Below are positions 10,172 to 19,441 of a stretch of 64,000 bases of DNA, piece after piece. The position numbers and the translations under genes were made by a program. Positions within the stretch are counted from its first letter, which is position 1; each line of letters starts with the position of its first letter. The stretch is from a virus (taxonomy: Duplodnaviria > Caudoviricetes): the IMG/VR virus record IMGVR_UViG_2894625894_000003, positions 64,001-128,000 of that record; one strand, written 5' to 3'. Below the pieces are notes generated by a model, which was not told the origin of the DNA, searched no databases, and saw only the letters and a program-made list of their open reading frames with translations.

Positions 10172-12840
10172 CGGGAAATATTTTGTAGTCGGAACTGATC
10201 AAAGTAGCGGTGTAGGTCAGCTACGGTCGGAATATAGTTAGGGTCCTTGCCCCCATAGAGGGCCTTTAGTTGTTGTTGGAGTTGGACAGCTAGAGCATCT
10301 AATCCGTTTCGACACCATCCGGTTGGATCAGATTGAAACTTATCAATACTTGTAAACTGGGTTGGGACCTGATAATCGTGGTCTCCAAATCGATAAGTAA
10401 GGCCGTACGAGCCATCTCTATTTTTTGTCGGAGAAACAGCTATTGCTAATCCCTGACTGGGAGTATAAAGATGCCGGGTATTACCAATCATTAAATTTCC
10501 CTGTCTATCCAATCTTTCTTTGAAAGGGTCGGGGGCCGCCTGGGCAGCTTTCAGAAGCCGCTGATCAACCATTCGGCCAAATTCCGAGGAGTTGCCGTAA
10601 TCCAGTCGAACCGTTTCTTCCAGGGCTTCTTTACCCGACCCTGTCTTGAGCCGGACATCGACCTGCCGGCTGCCGGGCAAAAACGTAACCCCCACCATTT
10701 CCACGGGCTGCCCTGAGCTCCACTTATCCAACAGTTCTTTCTGCTCGGAGCGGGTGTTACCCGCTGGGGCTATGCTGCCGTTACGAACCCGGTAGAGCAG
10801 GGCCTGGTGGATTTCATTGTCGGTTTTGAGGTAATCCCCTCCGGCAACCAGTCCGTGCTGAACATAGCCCCGTTTGGAAAGCTCCTCGCCCACCGCCTGC
10901 TGAGCGGCCAGGTGGCGGGCTTTAAGGGCATTATAGCGTTGCATGGGTTCATTGAAACTTTCATCCATACCCCGGAACAGAGCCGGGTTCTCAGCTATCT
11001 GTTTATCCATCATCGCCATAAACGCCCGGTCGTCGGCCGAAAGCGGATTACGGCGGTCCACGTCAGCCCGGATCTGTTTGATTTCCTCCCGCTGGAGTTT
11101 CAATAGAGCGGCCCGTTCGGTTAGATCCTGGTACTGACGACGTAATTCGGGATTGAGCCTTTTTAAGAATTCAGGGTTGGTTTTGCCGTGCTGAACGTAC
11201 TGGTTATAGTCGTTTTGCCAATCGACAATCAACCGGGCAATGGCTGGGGGTACGCCTTCAGCCTGGGTATTACGAATCTGTCCATCGCCGTAATAGTTGA
11301 CCTTCATTTCCCGGGCCATCTTATCGGCTAGGTCGGCATTACCCGCCCAGCGGACAATACCCACGGCCATATCCCGGACGGCAGCATCCTGGGTGCGGGC
11401 CTGGTTATCCAGATCCGCCTGCACTGATTCCAGGGTAGGATTGGTCAGAGCACCGGGTTGAACGGGCAGATCCACCACAAATAAATCGTTGCCTTCCCCG
11501 GCCCCATACGAGCCGTCTTTCTTTTTGGAGAGACCAACCTGGGCGGCCCGGGTGGCCAGCTCTCGTTCCTTCAACTCAAACTCCCGCTGTTTGTCCGAGC
11601 GGTCGGCCCCGAACTGAGTCTTTTTCCAAAACTCATCTGAGTTGAATTCGTCCTGCCAGCTCTGGCGTTCCCAGTCGAATTTCTGAACAGCCAGGTTATG
11701 GGCCTGAGCGGCAATGAAGGTTGGATCCGATCGGACTTTGCTGGCATCGAATACGTATCGACCCGCCAGATGATTGAGGTAGTTTTCGGTAAAGGAATTG
11801 ACCGCCATCGTTTCAGGATCCATTGAGGGCAGGGCCGTCAGGGTTCGCTGTTTGGCCTCGATCAGGTTTCGCTGATAAGTCAGGGCATTGTCCCGTTCGG
11901 CTGTCAGCTGGGCTTTCTCTTCGGCCGAGGAAGCTCGGGCCAGCCGGGCGGCCCATTCAGCCTGGTTGGCTTGCAGTACCTGGTTGTCGGTGGATAGCTG
12001 GGCCGTCAACTGCCGGCTGTATTCCGCTCGGTATGCATCGGGATTGGCCAGAATACCCTGCCCTTTATAACGGGCATCGACGCCAACCTGCCGGCTGAAT
12101 CGGGGATCCATAGCCAGTCGGGTGCGGGCGATCTGCTGAACCTGATCGTAGGTCAGCTTCCGGTTCTCGGTGATGTAGCCGTTCACGACGGTCGTATCGT
12201 TTGGTGCGGCCAGGATACGTTTGGTTACCGCATCGAGCTCCTTACTGAATTCGGCATCGTAGTTAAAATAGGGGTTGGCCGACTTATCCCCTCTGTAGGA
12301 GGCCGTGGGAGTTCGGTCATTGATATAGGAGTTGACCTGCCGTTGGAAATCCCATTCGTTCTGGGGGGCGTACTGCCCTCCGAATTTTTTGGGATCTTTC
12401 TGCCACTCTTTGAATTGATTCTGTACACCCCGGATTACGGCTGTATCGGCCATAGCCCCTACAATCCGTTCATCCTGGTCGAGGCTATTGGTAATCTGAC
12501 CAATCTGAGCCAGCACATTATGGTCGGCAAAGTTAGCGCCAGCCAGCTTATCGACCTGTGATTCCAGATCAGCTTTTCGCTGCAGGTAATAAGCCCGGTG
12601 TTCGGGGTGGAGAATATCCCGCTTCCCCATGTTCTGAAGCATGGTCTCAGCCTGCATCACACCCCGATCGAATTGTTGCTGGGAGTAAGCCAGCCCCTTA
12701 AAGGCCACTGAGGGGTCTAAGGGTGTAATATAGTCTGAAGGCTCCAGGGCCTTGGAAACGTACGAAACAGCCATATACTGGGAAACCGGTAGTAGAGGTA
12801 CCGGCGGGTAGGTAGGAGATGACGGTAAAATTACAGCCAT
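10168..12840 (-). CDS. Ejection/cargo protein (890 aa)
   Basis: Helical Q/A-rich ORF, ATGA-coupled to the 1993-aa gene. Confidence 0.7.
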   Translation of the reverse strand: MAVILPSSPTYPPVPLLPVSQYMAVSYVSKALEPSDYITPLDPSVAFKGLAYSQQQFDRGVMQAETMLQNMGKRDILHPEHRAYYLQRKADLESQVDKLAGANFADHNVLAQIGQITNSLDQDERIVGAMADTAVIRGVQNQFKEWQKDPKKFGGQYAPQNEWDFQRQVNSYINDRTPTASYRGDKSANPYFNYDAEFSKELDAVTKRILAAPNDTTVVNGYITENRKLTYDQVQQIARTRLAMDPRFSRQVGVDARYKGQGILANPDAYRAEYSRQLTAQLSTDNQVLQANQAEWAARLARASSAEEKAQLTAERDNALTYQRNLIEAKQRTLTALPSMDPETMAVNSFTENYLNHLAGRYVFDASKVRSDPTFIAAQAHNLAVQKFDWERQSWQDEFNSDEFWKKTQFGADRSDKQREFELKERELATRAAQVGLSKKKDGSYGAGEGNDLFVVDLPVQPGALTNPTLESVQADLDNQARTQDAAVRDMAVGIVRWAGNADLADKMAREMKVNYYGDGQIRNTQAEGVPPAIARLIVDWQNDYNQYVQHGKTNPEFLKRLNPELRRQYQDLTERAALLKLQREEIKQIRADVDRRNPLSADDRAFMAMMDKQIAENPALFRGMDESFNEPMQRYNALKARHLAAQQAVGEELSKRGYVQHGLVAGGDYLKTDNEIHQALLYRVRNGSIAPAGNTRSEQKELLDKWSSGQPVEMVGVTFLPGSRQVDVRLKTGSGKEALEETVRLDYGNSSEFGRMVDQRLLKAAQAAPDPFKERLDRQGNLMIGNTRHLYTPSQGLAIAVSPTKNRDGSYGLTYRFGDHDYQVPTQFTSIDKFQSDPTGWCRNGLDALAVQLQQQLKALYGGKDPNYIPTVADLHRYFDQFRLQNISR

Positions 12841-12895
12841 TTTCTAGCACCTCAAACAGTTTACCCACTATTACCGATCTTTACTACCGTATATT

Positions 12896-12911
12896 AGGTA
12901 TAACTATTTTT
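12896..12911 (-). promoter_or_regulatory. Candidate late promoter motif AAAAAnnGTTATACCT
   Basis: 14/16 identical to 59570-59585; both copies lie upstream of minus-strand late operons. Confidence 0.4.
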
Positions 12912-13025
12912 TCCAGTTTATTTGGTTGTTTTCATTTTTTAGCCAATATTTCGAACCTATAGCCAGTAACAGCCCGTCTCAACTGCCTGTGCTGGACAAA
13001 AGACCCTTTATATTTATTTACACCC

Positions 13026-13976
13026 TTGGTAGCGACCAATACAAATCCTCCCTCGCAAAGCCCCAAAGGCTTACACAAAGATGCCCAGCAACGGCTGGAC
13101 AATATACTGACCCGACTCCGAAGCCTGCTGGGCGATGGTCAGTGGCATAAGATCCCCCGGGCCGATTTTGCCAAAACCTACGGAACCGATCACCGGGTAT
13201 TGTCCGTACTGGTGGACTCAAAAGCCCTGGAACAGAAAAAAGAAGGTAATGTACTCTACTACCGTCGTCGTTCGGGACTCGCCCAGATGCAGGTAACTGT
13301 GCTGCATTCCTTGATGGCGGCCCGGCGGGCTAAGGACAAAGCAATCCAGGTTGGTACGACATACCATACGACGACGGCAACAGACATGACCTCGGCAGGA
13401 ACCCCAACGGCCCCCGAGCAGATGATCACCCACAGACAGGCTGGTTCGTTAAACATGGCAATTCTCCAGCGATTTAGTTTGCAGACCGGTTTGTCAGGAG
13501 CTGCCCTTAAACAGGCCTATCTGAATTTACCGCTGGAAGATGCCCTTGAAAAACTTCCTCAAGAACGTCCCGAAATCAAACTAAATCCACCGGAAACGAT
13601 TATTCGGCTTTCCAATCCAATGCTGGAAGCAGCTAACGAGGTCCCTGTGGTCCCGCTGCCGGTTGTGGCCCCTACTCCCAAGTTAACCCCGGTATCACAT
13701 GCGTTACCAAGCCATCCACTATGCGGGGAGATTCGCCGGTTGTTGGGTCAACAGGAAACATTACGTGATCTCAATAAGCAACGGCAGGAGCTGGACAAAC
13801 AGATTGCTGCTCAGCAGGAACTTATCCAAAAATCCATAGAAGGGTTTTATTATGTCAACAGGCGGCTGGAGCACCACCGGTTTGTCTATCAGGACACCAA
13901 CCACGGGTCGTTTCTGGTGACAACGTCCCCGGATAAAACCCTGGATGTACGACGCATCCTGGTGGAGGTAGCTTAA
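13026..13976 (+). CDS. Putative DNA-binding protein (winged-helix-like N-terminus, coiled-coil C-terminus)
   Basis: 316-aa ORF (TTG start uncertain); segment RADFAKTYG...LVDSKALEQKKEGNVLYYR; followed by a terminator. Confidence 0.5.
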   Translation: MVATNTNPPSQSPKGLHKDAQQRLDNILTRLRSLLGDGQWHKIPRADFAKTYGTDHRVLSVLVDSKALEQKKEGNVLYYRRRSGLAQMQVTVLHSLMAARRAKDKAIQVGTTYHTTTATDMTSAGTPTAPEQMITHRQAGSLNMAILQRFSLQTGLSGAALKQAYLNLPLEDALEKLPQERPEIKLNPPETIIRLSNPMLEAANEVPVVPLPVVAPTPKLTPVSHALPSHPLCGEIRRLLGQQETLRDLNKQRQELDKQIAAQQELIQKSIEGFYYVNRRLEHHRFVYQDTNHGSFLVTTSPDKTLDVRRILVEVA

Positions 13977-13996
13977 CGAGTAACCACCTTATAATC

Positions 13997-14030
13997 AAAA
14001 GCCCTCTGGAGATACCGGAGGGCTTTTTGT
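13997..14030 (+). terminator. Intrinsic terminator
   Basis: AAAAGCCCTCTGG-agata-CCGGAGGGCTTTTTGT. Confidence 0.8.
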
Positions 14031-14073
14031 TTATCCGGAATATTTAATTATTTTGCCCAAATTAAACCGATTT

Positions 14074-14541
14074 ATGAATTTTCCTGTTTACCCCGTGGAT
14101 GCGTCGGAAGATCGTATGCTCTTCCGATTTTATAGTGAGGGGCCAAAGGGAATAATTGAAAAACGGGTACAGTTTGAAAAATATCCCTGGAAAACCTGGT
14201 ACAATTTAATACTTGGTGATGTTGATGATAAAGGCCAATTGAAATTTGAAGTGAGCGGTAATGAGGACATGAAAGTTATAATGGCCACAGTGGCTTATAT
14301 AATTGACAAGTTCTTATCAAAATACCCAGACCGTGTCGTTATTTTACAAGGGACTGACACTCGGCGTATACTCCTTTATGGACGCATTATCAGAGAACAC
14401 ATGCTGGACTTTTTTCCAGGTTATACATTCCACGGATTGATTGACGCTTCCACCCTTCTTCATCCAATTCTCCTTCACCCAAAAGATCCCAATATCGCTT
14501 TTTGTGAAATGTTTACTGTTCAGAAAACGTTTAACAAGTAG
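14074..14541 (+). CDS. DUF6934-like protein, copy 1
   Basis: FRFYSEGPKGIIEKRVQF...NLILGD...SGNEDMKVIMATVA...R.LLY matches the recalled Bacteroidota DUF6934 pattern; ATG 14074 preferred by alignment with copy 2. Confidence 0.7.
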   Translation: MNFPVYPVDASEDRMLFRFYSEGPKGIIEKRVQFEKYPWKTWYNLILGDVDDKGQLKFEVSGNEDMKVIMATVAYIIDKFLSKYPDRVVILQGTDTRRILLYGRIIREHMLDFFPGYTFHGLIDASTLLHPILLHPKDPNIAFCEMFTVQKTFNK

Positions 14542-14543
14542 AA

Positions 14544-15095
14544 ATGGCCACAAACTCAAAACATAATATAAAAGGGAAAAGACCAGTAGTAGGTGGGCAG
14601 ATCAATACGGTGGACGATTTAAAACCATTTCCAGCTGATCATCCAGTTATTGCTGCAAAAATGGAAAGGGTTACCCGGATTATAACCAATATGCCCTCTC
14701 AAATAACTCACCTTCCCTTTCCTTCTAATAAGACATATGGAAGAGTATATCCTGGCCGAGAGGCCCGTATACAGAGCCATCCACACGATCTTACTGAGGA
14801 GTTTTACTACGTCGCAGTTCCGGCTAACCGGGACTATTCAACATGGGCTGCAAGTTTCTTTAAAAATTGGGCAGCCGTAAATGACTATAAATCAGCCGCC
14901 TTTGTAGCCTATTCAAAAGCAATGATTATTCGGACAGTGCATACCGGCAAGATTATTACTACTGTTCTTGAAGAAGCACCAGATTTAGACAAGTTTGAGA
15001 CTATTTCACCATTTGTGGCCCCTTCCCCTCAAATTTCGATAAAAATTGAAGAGGTGCTCGCCATTCTCAAACAGCTTCGAGGGAAAATTTTATAA
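14544..15095 (+). CDS. DUF6934 partner protein 1 (antitoxin-like N-terminus plus extra domain)
   Basis: Starts 2 nt after DUF6934; motif LKPFPADHPVIAAK shared with 15733..16077. Confidence 0.6.
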   Translation: MATNSKHNIKGKRPVVGGQINTVDDLKPFPADHPVIAAKMERVTRIITNMPSQITHLPFPSNKTYGRVYPGREARIQSHPHDLTEEFYYVAVPANRDYSTWAASFFKNWAAVNDYKSAAFVAYSKAMIIRTVHTGKIITTVLEEAPDLDKFETISPFVAPSPQISIKIEEVLAILKQLRGKIL

Positions 15096-15118
15096 GGCTG
15101 TGACAGTACCAATGAAAA

Positions 15119-15163
15119 AATTACCCATTCCGGAACGTTACTGGAATGGGTAATTAGTTTTTT
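15119..15163 (+). terminator. Intrinsic terminator
   Basis: AATTACCCATTCCGG-aacgtta-CTGGAATGGGTAATT followed by a T-tract. Confidence 0.75.
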
Positions 15164-15208
15164 GGGAAACCGGAATGTTTGATTATTTTTCCCCAATCAA
15201 ACTGAATT

Positions 15209-15721
15209 ATGGATTTACCCGTTTATTATGTAAAGGAGTCCTCGGATCATACCTATTTCGAATTTGATAGTGTTGGAAAAAGGGGGACAATCCGCAAGTA
15301 TGTTCAGTTTAAACAATATGTGGACAAACAAGGTGATCTTTGGAACGATCATTTTTACTTAACCCTAGGGGATATCGTTGATAAAAAACATATAGTAAAT
15401 CGTATATCGGATAATGGGGATATAATAATGGTGATGGCAACTGTTACCAGAATTATTCAGTATTACTTGACGACTTATCCAGATAGAATAGTAGTTTTCG
15501 AAGGCATCCCGGATCCGGAAACTAATATTAATCAAAGGAACCACCTCTATAGTAGAATCCTCTACCGACACATTGAAGAATTTAATTTTCTTAAAATAAT
15601 TGCTCGAATTGGGGGTGAACAAACTGGCAAATACTTTGAGTTAACCCCTTTTATGACCTCAACTTTTGACATCCCCGAGTACGAAATATTCTTTATATCC
15701 AACAAAACGGCAATTCGATAA
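15209..15721 (+). CDS. DUF6934-like protein, copy 2
   Basis: YFEFDSVGKRGTIRKYVQF...LTLGD...SDNGDIIMVMATV...RNHLY; paralog of copy 1. Confidence 0.7.
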   Translation: MDLPVYYVKESSDHTYFEFDSVGKRGTIRKYVQFKQYVDKQGDLWNDHFYLTLGDIVDKKHIVNRISDNGDIIMVMATVTRIIQYYLTTYPDRIVVFEGIPDPETNINQRNHLYSRILYRHIEEFNFLKIIARIGGEQTGKYFELTPFMTSTFDIPEYEIFFISNKTAIR

Positions 15722-15732
15722 AATACGGAACG

Positions 15733-16077
15733 ATGGCTAAGCATACAACCTATAATGCACCGGATGATTCAGTATTCTCAATTGATCCGAATCTCAAACC
15801 GTTACCGGATGATCATCCAGTCATTATCCAGAAACAAGAAGAATACCATATACTGGTAGGAAATATAGAACCAAACCTTAGCAAGGTTAGAAGTGACATT
15901 CAAGTAATAAACGAAAAAGATTTTAGAAAAGATACAGCCATATGGTTAAATCAAGACCGTCCAGATAACAAACGTAGCTTTGGAAGACTCAAACTAGTAA
16001 TAGGTCTTATGGAGGAAACATCTGTAGGCCTTGTTCAACTACTTAAATTACTATTTCACAACCGCTTAAAACCTTAA
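15733..16077 (+). CDS. DUF6934 partner protein 2
   Basis: IDPNLKPLPDDHPVIIQK motif; directly follows copy 2. Confidence 0.6.
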   Translation: MAKHTTYNAPDDSVFSIDPNLKPLPDDHPVIIQKQEEYHILVGNIEPNLSKVRSDIQVINEKDFRKDTAIWLNQDRPDNKRSFGRLKLVIGLMEETSVGLVQLLKLLFHNRLKP

Positions 16078-16174
16078 TACCAGTCTATTCTGATTACCTA
16101 ACTTTAACATAGAACTCCGAATAAGTTTCAATATAATCTCAATAAGACAATTACTAATAGATTAAATTTCATTT

Positions 16175-16205
16175 AAAGGCCTCCTGAACCCCAGGGGGCT
16201 TTTTT
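16175..16205 (+). terminator. Intrinsic terminator
   Basis: AAAGGCCTCCTG-aaccc-CAGGGGGCTTTTTT. Confidence 0.75.
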
Positions 16206-16288
16206 ATTGCCATGCCAGTTGGATACCGACTGGATCTCCGATTACCAGAGATACTCTGGATGTCATTCATTTCCTTCACAATACATCC

Positions 16289-16684
16289 ATGAAAACGGTA
16301 CTTCAACACGCTTACCAAAATCGTTCAACTACGTATACAAACACTTCAACCAACAGTCGGTACCTTGAACTACTTGAAGAACTAGTCCGGATGGAGAAAG
16401 CCCGGATGAAGCTTAATGCGGACTGCACCGAGTATCTGATCTCAACAATTGGACTTGATTTGGGTATAGCGGCTAAAACACTGAATCTGATGCTACATAA
16501 AGCTGGAGTCCTCCGAATGACTCGGGCCGGCTGGGTGTTAACCGGTGATTACCAGGATGCGGGTTATGCCTTCTATAAGATACCGCCGGTCCAAACCAAA
16601 TCAGCTAAGACTCGGCATACCATCATGTGGACAGAAAAAGGTCGGGCACTGGTTACCAGCATTGCCCGGCAGACACGCCGATAA
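16289..16684 (+). CDS. Phage antirepressor KilA-C (ANT) domain protein
   Basis: ISTIGLDLGIAAKTLNLMLHKAGV...GWVL...Y...GY...WTEKGRALV. Confidence 0.75.
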   Translation: MKTVLQHAYQNRSTTYTNTSTNSRYLELLEELVRMEKARMKLNADCTEYLISTIGLDLGIAAKTLNLMLHKAGVLRMTRAGWVLTGDYQDAGYAFYKIPPVQTKSAKTRHTIMWTEKGRALVTSIARQTRR

Positions 16685-16687
16685 ATA

Positions 16688-16728
16688 AAATTACCCTACT
16701 CTGGTATACAGCCGGAGTAGGGTAATTT
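16688..16728 (+). terminator. Long hairpin/terminator
   Basis: AAATTACCCTACTCTGG...CCGGAGTAGGGTAATTT. Confidence 0.7.
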
Positions 16729-16730
16729 GT

Positions 16731-16738
16731 TATGTTTG
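16731..16738 (+). promoter_or_regulatory. Bacteroidota -7 box TATGTTTG (would give a near-leaderless mRNA)
   Basis: Exact TAnnTTTG, 4 nt before ATG 16743. Confidence 0.4.
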
Positions 16739-16742
16739 GAGG

Positions 16743-16937
16743 ATGAGAAATATACCCGCACCCTCCTATGGATTTTTTCTATTATTGGTATCCGGCATAT
16801 TTTTAATTATTGAATGTATTAGAAAGCCCAGAGTTCTTTCGGATCTCATCGAAATAGTTTTGTTTTTCGTTGGAATACCGGTTGCATTTATACTATTTTC
16901 CTGGGTCAGTGATTTCTTTAAATCTGACAAAAAATGA
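16743..16937 (+). CDS. Small two-TM membrane protein
   Basis: Two hydrophobic segments; ATGA overlap with the next gene. Confidence 0.6.
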   Translation: MRNIPAPSYGFFLLLVSGIFLIIECIRKPRVLSDLIEIVLFFVGIPVAFILFSWVSDFFKSDKK

Positions 16938-17383
16938 GATTACCCCTCCTCCCTTTTTTATTTTTATGCTTGGGGCCGGTCCCTTTAACCTACGGTCAGG
17001 CATCATATTTGTCTAAACCACTAACCTCAACTCATTACATCTCACCAGTAAGTCCGGTTGTGACATATGGAAGTCTCTATGCTCGCCAGGCGCAATATGA
17101 TGAAGGTAGAAATAAGGTTCAACAGAAAATTAACACGATCTTAGAAGCAATTGAGGACTTGTCTATTACCAAACCTAATGGGGCAAAAGCATCTCATTTA
17201 ACCCTACAGGTCTTTATAGACAGGATAAATGAAAAGGATCCAGATTATAGTAATCCAGATGTAATTAAGCCGTGGCTGGACTATCTAACCCAAGTACGAG
17301 AGTTGGTCCGTAATTATCATCGGAAGCCTGATTTGACAAATCAGGAATTAGCCGAAGTGTATAAACTAATTGAGGCCCAGTAA
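16934..17383 (+). CDS. Exported protein with signal peptide
   Basis: MRLPLLPFLFLCLGPVPLTYG-Q signal followed by a helical domain. Confidence 0.6.
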   Translation: MRLPLLPFLFLCLGPVPLTYGQASYLSKPLTSTHYISPVSPVVTYGSLYARQAQYDEGRNKVQQKINTILEAIEDLSITKPNGAKASHLTLQVFIDRINEKDPDYSNPDVIKPWLDYLTQVRELVRNYHRKPDLTNQELAEVYKLIEAQ

Positions 17384-17398
17384 ACCAGGCCTCAATTA
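17367..17398. terminator. Hairpin between convergent genes (bidirectional terminator)
   Basis: TAATTGAGGCC...GGCCTCAATTA. Confidence 0.6.
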
Positions 17399-19432
17399 TT
17401 AATCGATAAGAATCAAATCCACTGAACCACCCTGCTGAAACGTGCCAGGTCTTGCCAATTTCCCTGTCTGTTGTAGTAGTTGAAGATTTTGCAGTAACTG
17501 CTTCTGCTGGCTCAGTACGTCCTGGGTATACTCTACCCCAGTTACGTTACCCAGTCCGTCGGTTTTGGTCTTGGTTTTACCATTAGCCGAAGCCATACCA
17601 CCCAAACCGGGCATGCTACCGTTGAGAATAACCTTCTCCCCTTTCTTATGCACGATTCGGCCATCGGGTAAAACCTCGAAGTTTTTGCCGAAGACACTCT
17701 GGAACGCATTGTAGTTCCGCTCCTCCTGAGCCGCTTTCTGCCGTTTTTCATCCATGGACTTAAGGGCTCCAAAGACCTGTTGCCGCTGGGCCTCGTCAGC
17801 TTGCTTGTTCTGCTGATCGAACAGCTGCAGGTATTGATTGTTCTGTAGCTGAGCCTGATACTGAGCTTGTTCATTGGCCGTCAGTTCCTGGACTTCCAAC
17901 TGATTATTTTGTTGTTGGACCTGGGCCAGATAATCATTGACTCCCCGGAAATAATCCGCCTGGGCCGCTACCTGCCGGGCATTGCCCAGGGTAGAGCCAT
18001 CGTTGTTCCGACTGAGCTGGTAGGCTGCTTCTCCCAGGGCCTGCATTCCTAATCGTTCATTCACCCTCGGTAAACGTACTGTCGGAGCATCTACCTGCAT
18101 AAGCTGATTCGGAGTCTTCTGGGCAGCATCAGCCAGCATAACCATATCCGTCAGCAGACTCATGCCATCCAACTCGTAGGGATTCGACGAAGTCTGAGCC
18201 GTCTGACCCCCTCCTACCGAAGCCGGCGCCTGCGGATTATCGGTCCCTAGTTGTCGCAGAAACGTAGCCGGAATCCGGTTAGGATCTAAGGCATTCCGAC
18301 GGATTAGTTCCAGGGGTTCCGGTAGCGGATTGATGGGTACAATGCCCAATCCATCACTATCTACGCGAGTCCAATCCGGTTGCTGTACCGGACTGGAGGG
18401 AGCCATCAGGTTGCTCAGGGCTGGTTTAGTGCCCGGTTTTCTTTGGGCAGAACCCGCTCGAACGGGATCGGGAATTTCACCTCCCAGCAGGGGATTGCCC
18501 ATTTCATCAATGGGCAAGGGTTCCCCTGTCAGCAGATGTTGCTGTAGAGCGGGTGGGGTCTTATTATAGAGCAGGCTATTGGGCAGTGGCCGGGTGGGAT
18601 TGAGATCCCCCATCAACTCGGCCAGGCGGCCCTGTAGCTGTTTGGTTTCCGGATCGTGGGCGATACGTTGGGAAAGAGCCACAAAGTCACTCAGCTCTTC
18701 CGTGTTCAGTAGATCAGGATTTTGATTCCAGCGATTCAGGTAGTCGTTATACTTAACCCGTTGCCGTCCATTGAGCCCCTGAGTGGTTGGTGCTGGGCCA
18801 CCCGTCCGGGCTACAGGCAGGGTCAGCAGGTCCGCAGGAGTCAATTCCACAAACTCCCCTCCTTGTTGGGCCGTTGGCATCTTATCACCCAAAAACTGTA
18901 GTTGCTTCTTTCCTTCCTGAAGCTGGAAGGCTGCCCCAAACAAATATTCGTCCGTGGGCAGAGCACCGGCCTGAGCCATAATCACCTCCAGGGAGGCTGT
19001 CCGGTAGGGTTGGCCGGGACCACCCTGCTCCCCTTCCGTCGCCTTCAGGAGTTTTTCGGCCCGCTCGTCCCGGGCATCCCGCATTTTCTCGAATAGCCGG
19101 CTGGGGGACATCGACACGGATGTATCGAGCTGGATTCCTAGGGACAGTGCTACCTGACGGGCTTCACCGGGCTTGATCTTGATAACGGCATCGTCCGGGT
19201 TGTCGGCCCGCTTACCCCGGTTGATCTGTTCCTGGGAAGCGGACAGAATCCGAAAAGCATCCGGCACCACGACCCCACCCCGGCCTTTGGGAGCGGGCTG
19301 GGCGGCTCCGTCAATCAGCAGAATACCATCATCGTGCGAGGGGGCCTGGGGGTCCACTTGACTAAGACCACCGTCCAGCCGCTGGTAATGCTCTCCCCTT
19401 TCCGCAATAATGGGTTTAGTGGCTAGTTTCAT
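17399..19432 (-). CDS. Cargo/ejection protein (677 aa)
   Basis: crAss-type N-terminal AERGE...PSHDDG motif, QQGG motifs, Q-rich coiled coil. Confidence 0.7.
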   Translation of the reverse strand: MKLATKPIIAERGEHYQRLDGGLSQVDPQAPSHDDGILLIDGAAQPAPKGRGGVVVPDAFRILSASQEQINRGKRADNPDDAVIKIKPGEARQVALSLGIQLDTSVSMSPSRLFEKMRDARDERAEKLLKATEGEQGGPGQPYRTASLEVIMAQAGALPTDEYLFGAAFQLQEGKKQLQFLGDKMPTAQQGGEFVELTPADLLTLPVARTGGPAPTTQGLNGRQRVKYNDYLNRWNQNPDLLNTEELSDFVALSQRIAHDPETKQLQGRLAELMGDLNPTRPLPNSLLYNKTPPALQQHLLTGEPLPIDEMGNPLLGGEIPDPVRAGSAQRKPGTKPALSNLMAPSSPVQQPDWTRVDSDGLGIVPINPLPEPLELIRRNALDPNRIPATFLRQLGTDNPQAPASVGGGQTAQTSSNPYELDGMSLLTDMVMLADAAQKTPNQLMQVDAPTVRLPRVNERLGMQALGEAAYQLSRNNDGSTLGNARQVAAQADYFRGVNDYLAQVQQQNNQLEVQELTANEQAQYQAQLQNNQYLQLFDQQNKQADEAQRQQVFGALKSMDEKRQKAAQEERNYNAFQSVFGKNFEVLPDGRIVHKKGEKVILNGSMPGLGGMASANGKTKTKTDGLGNVTGVEYTQDVLSQQKQLLQNLQLLQQTGKLARPGTFQQGGSVDLILID

Positions 19433-19441
19433 ACGCTAAGG

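Noticed and set aside
13997-17398. Integron attC cassette array
   Set aside because: The hairpins look like terminators, lack RYYYAAC/GTTRRRY ends, and no integrase is in the window
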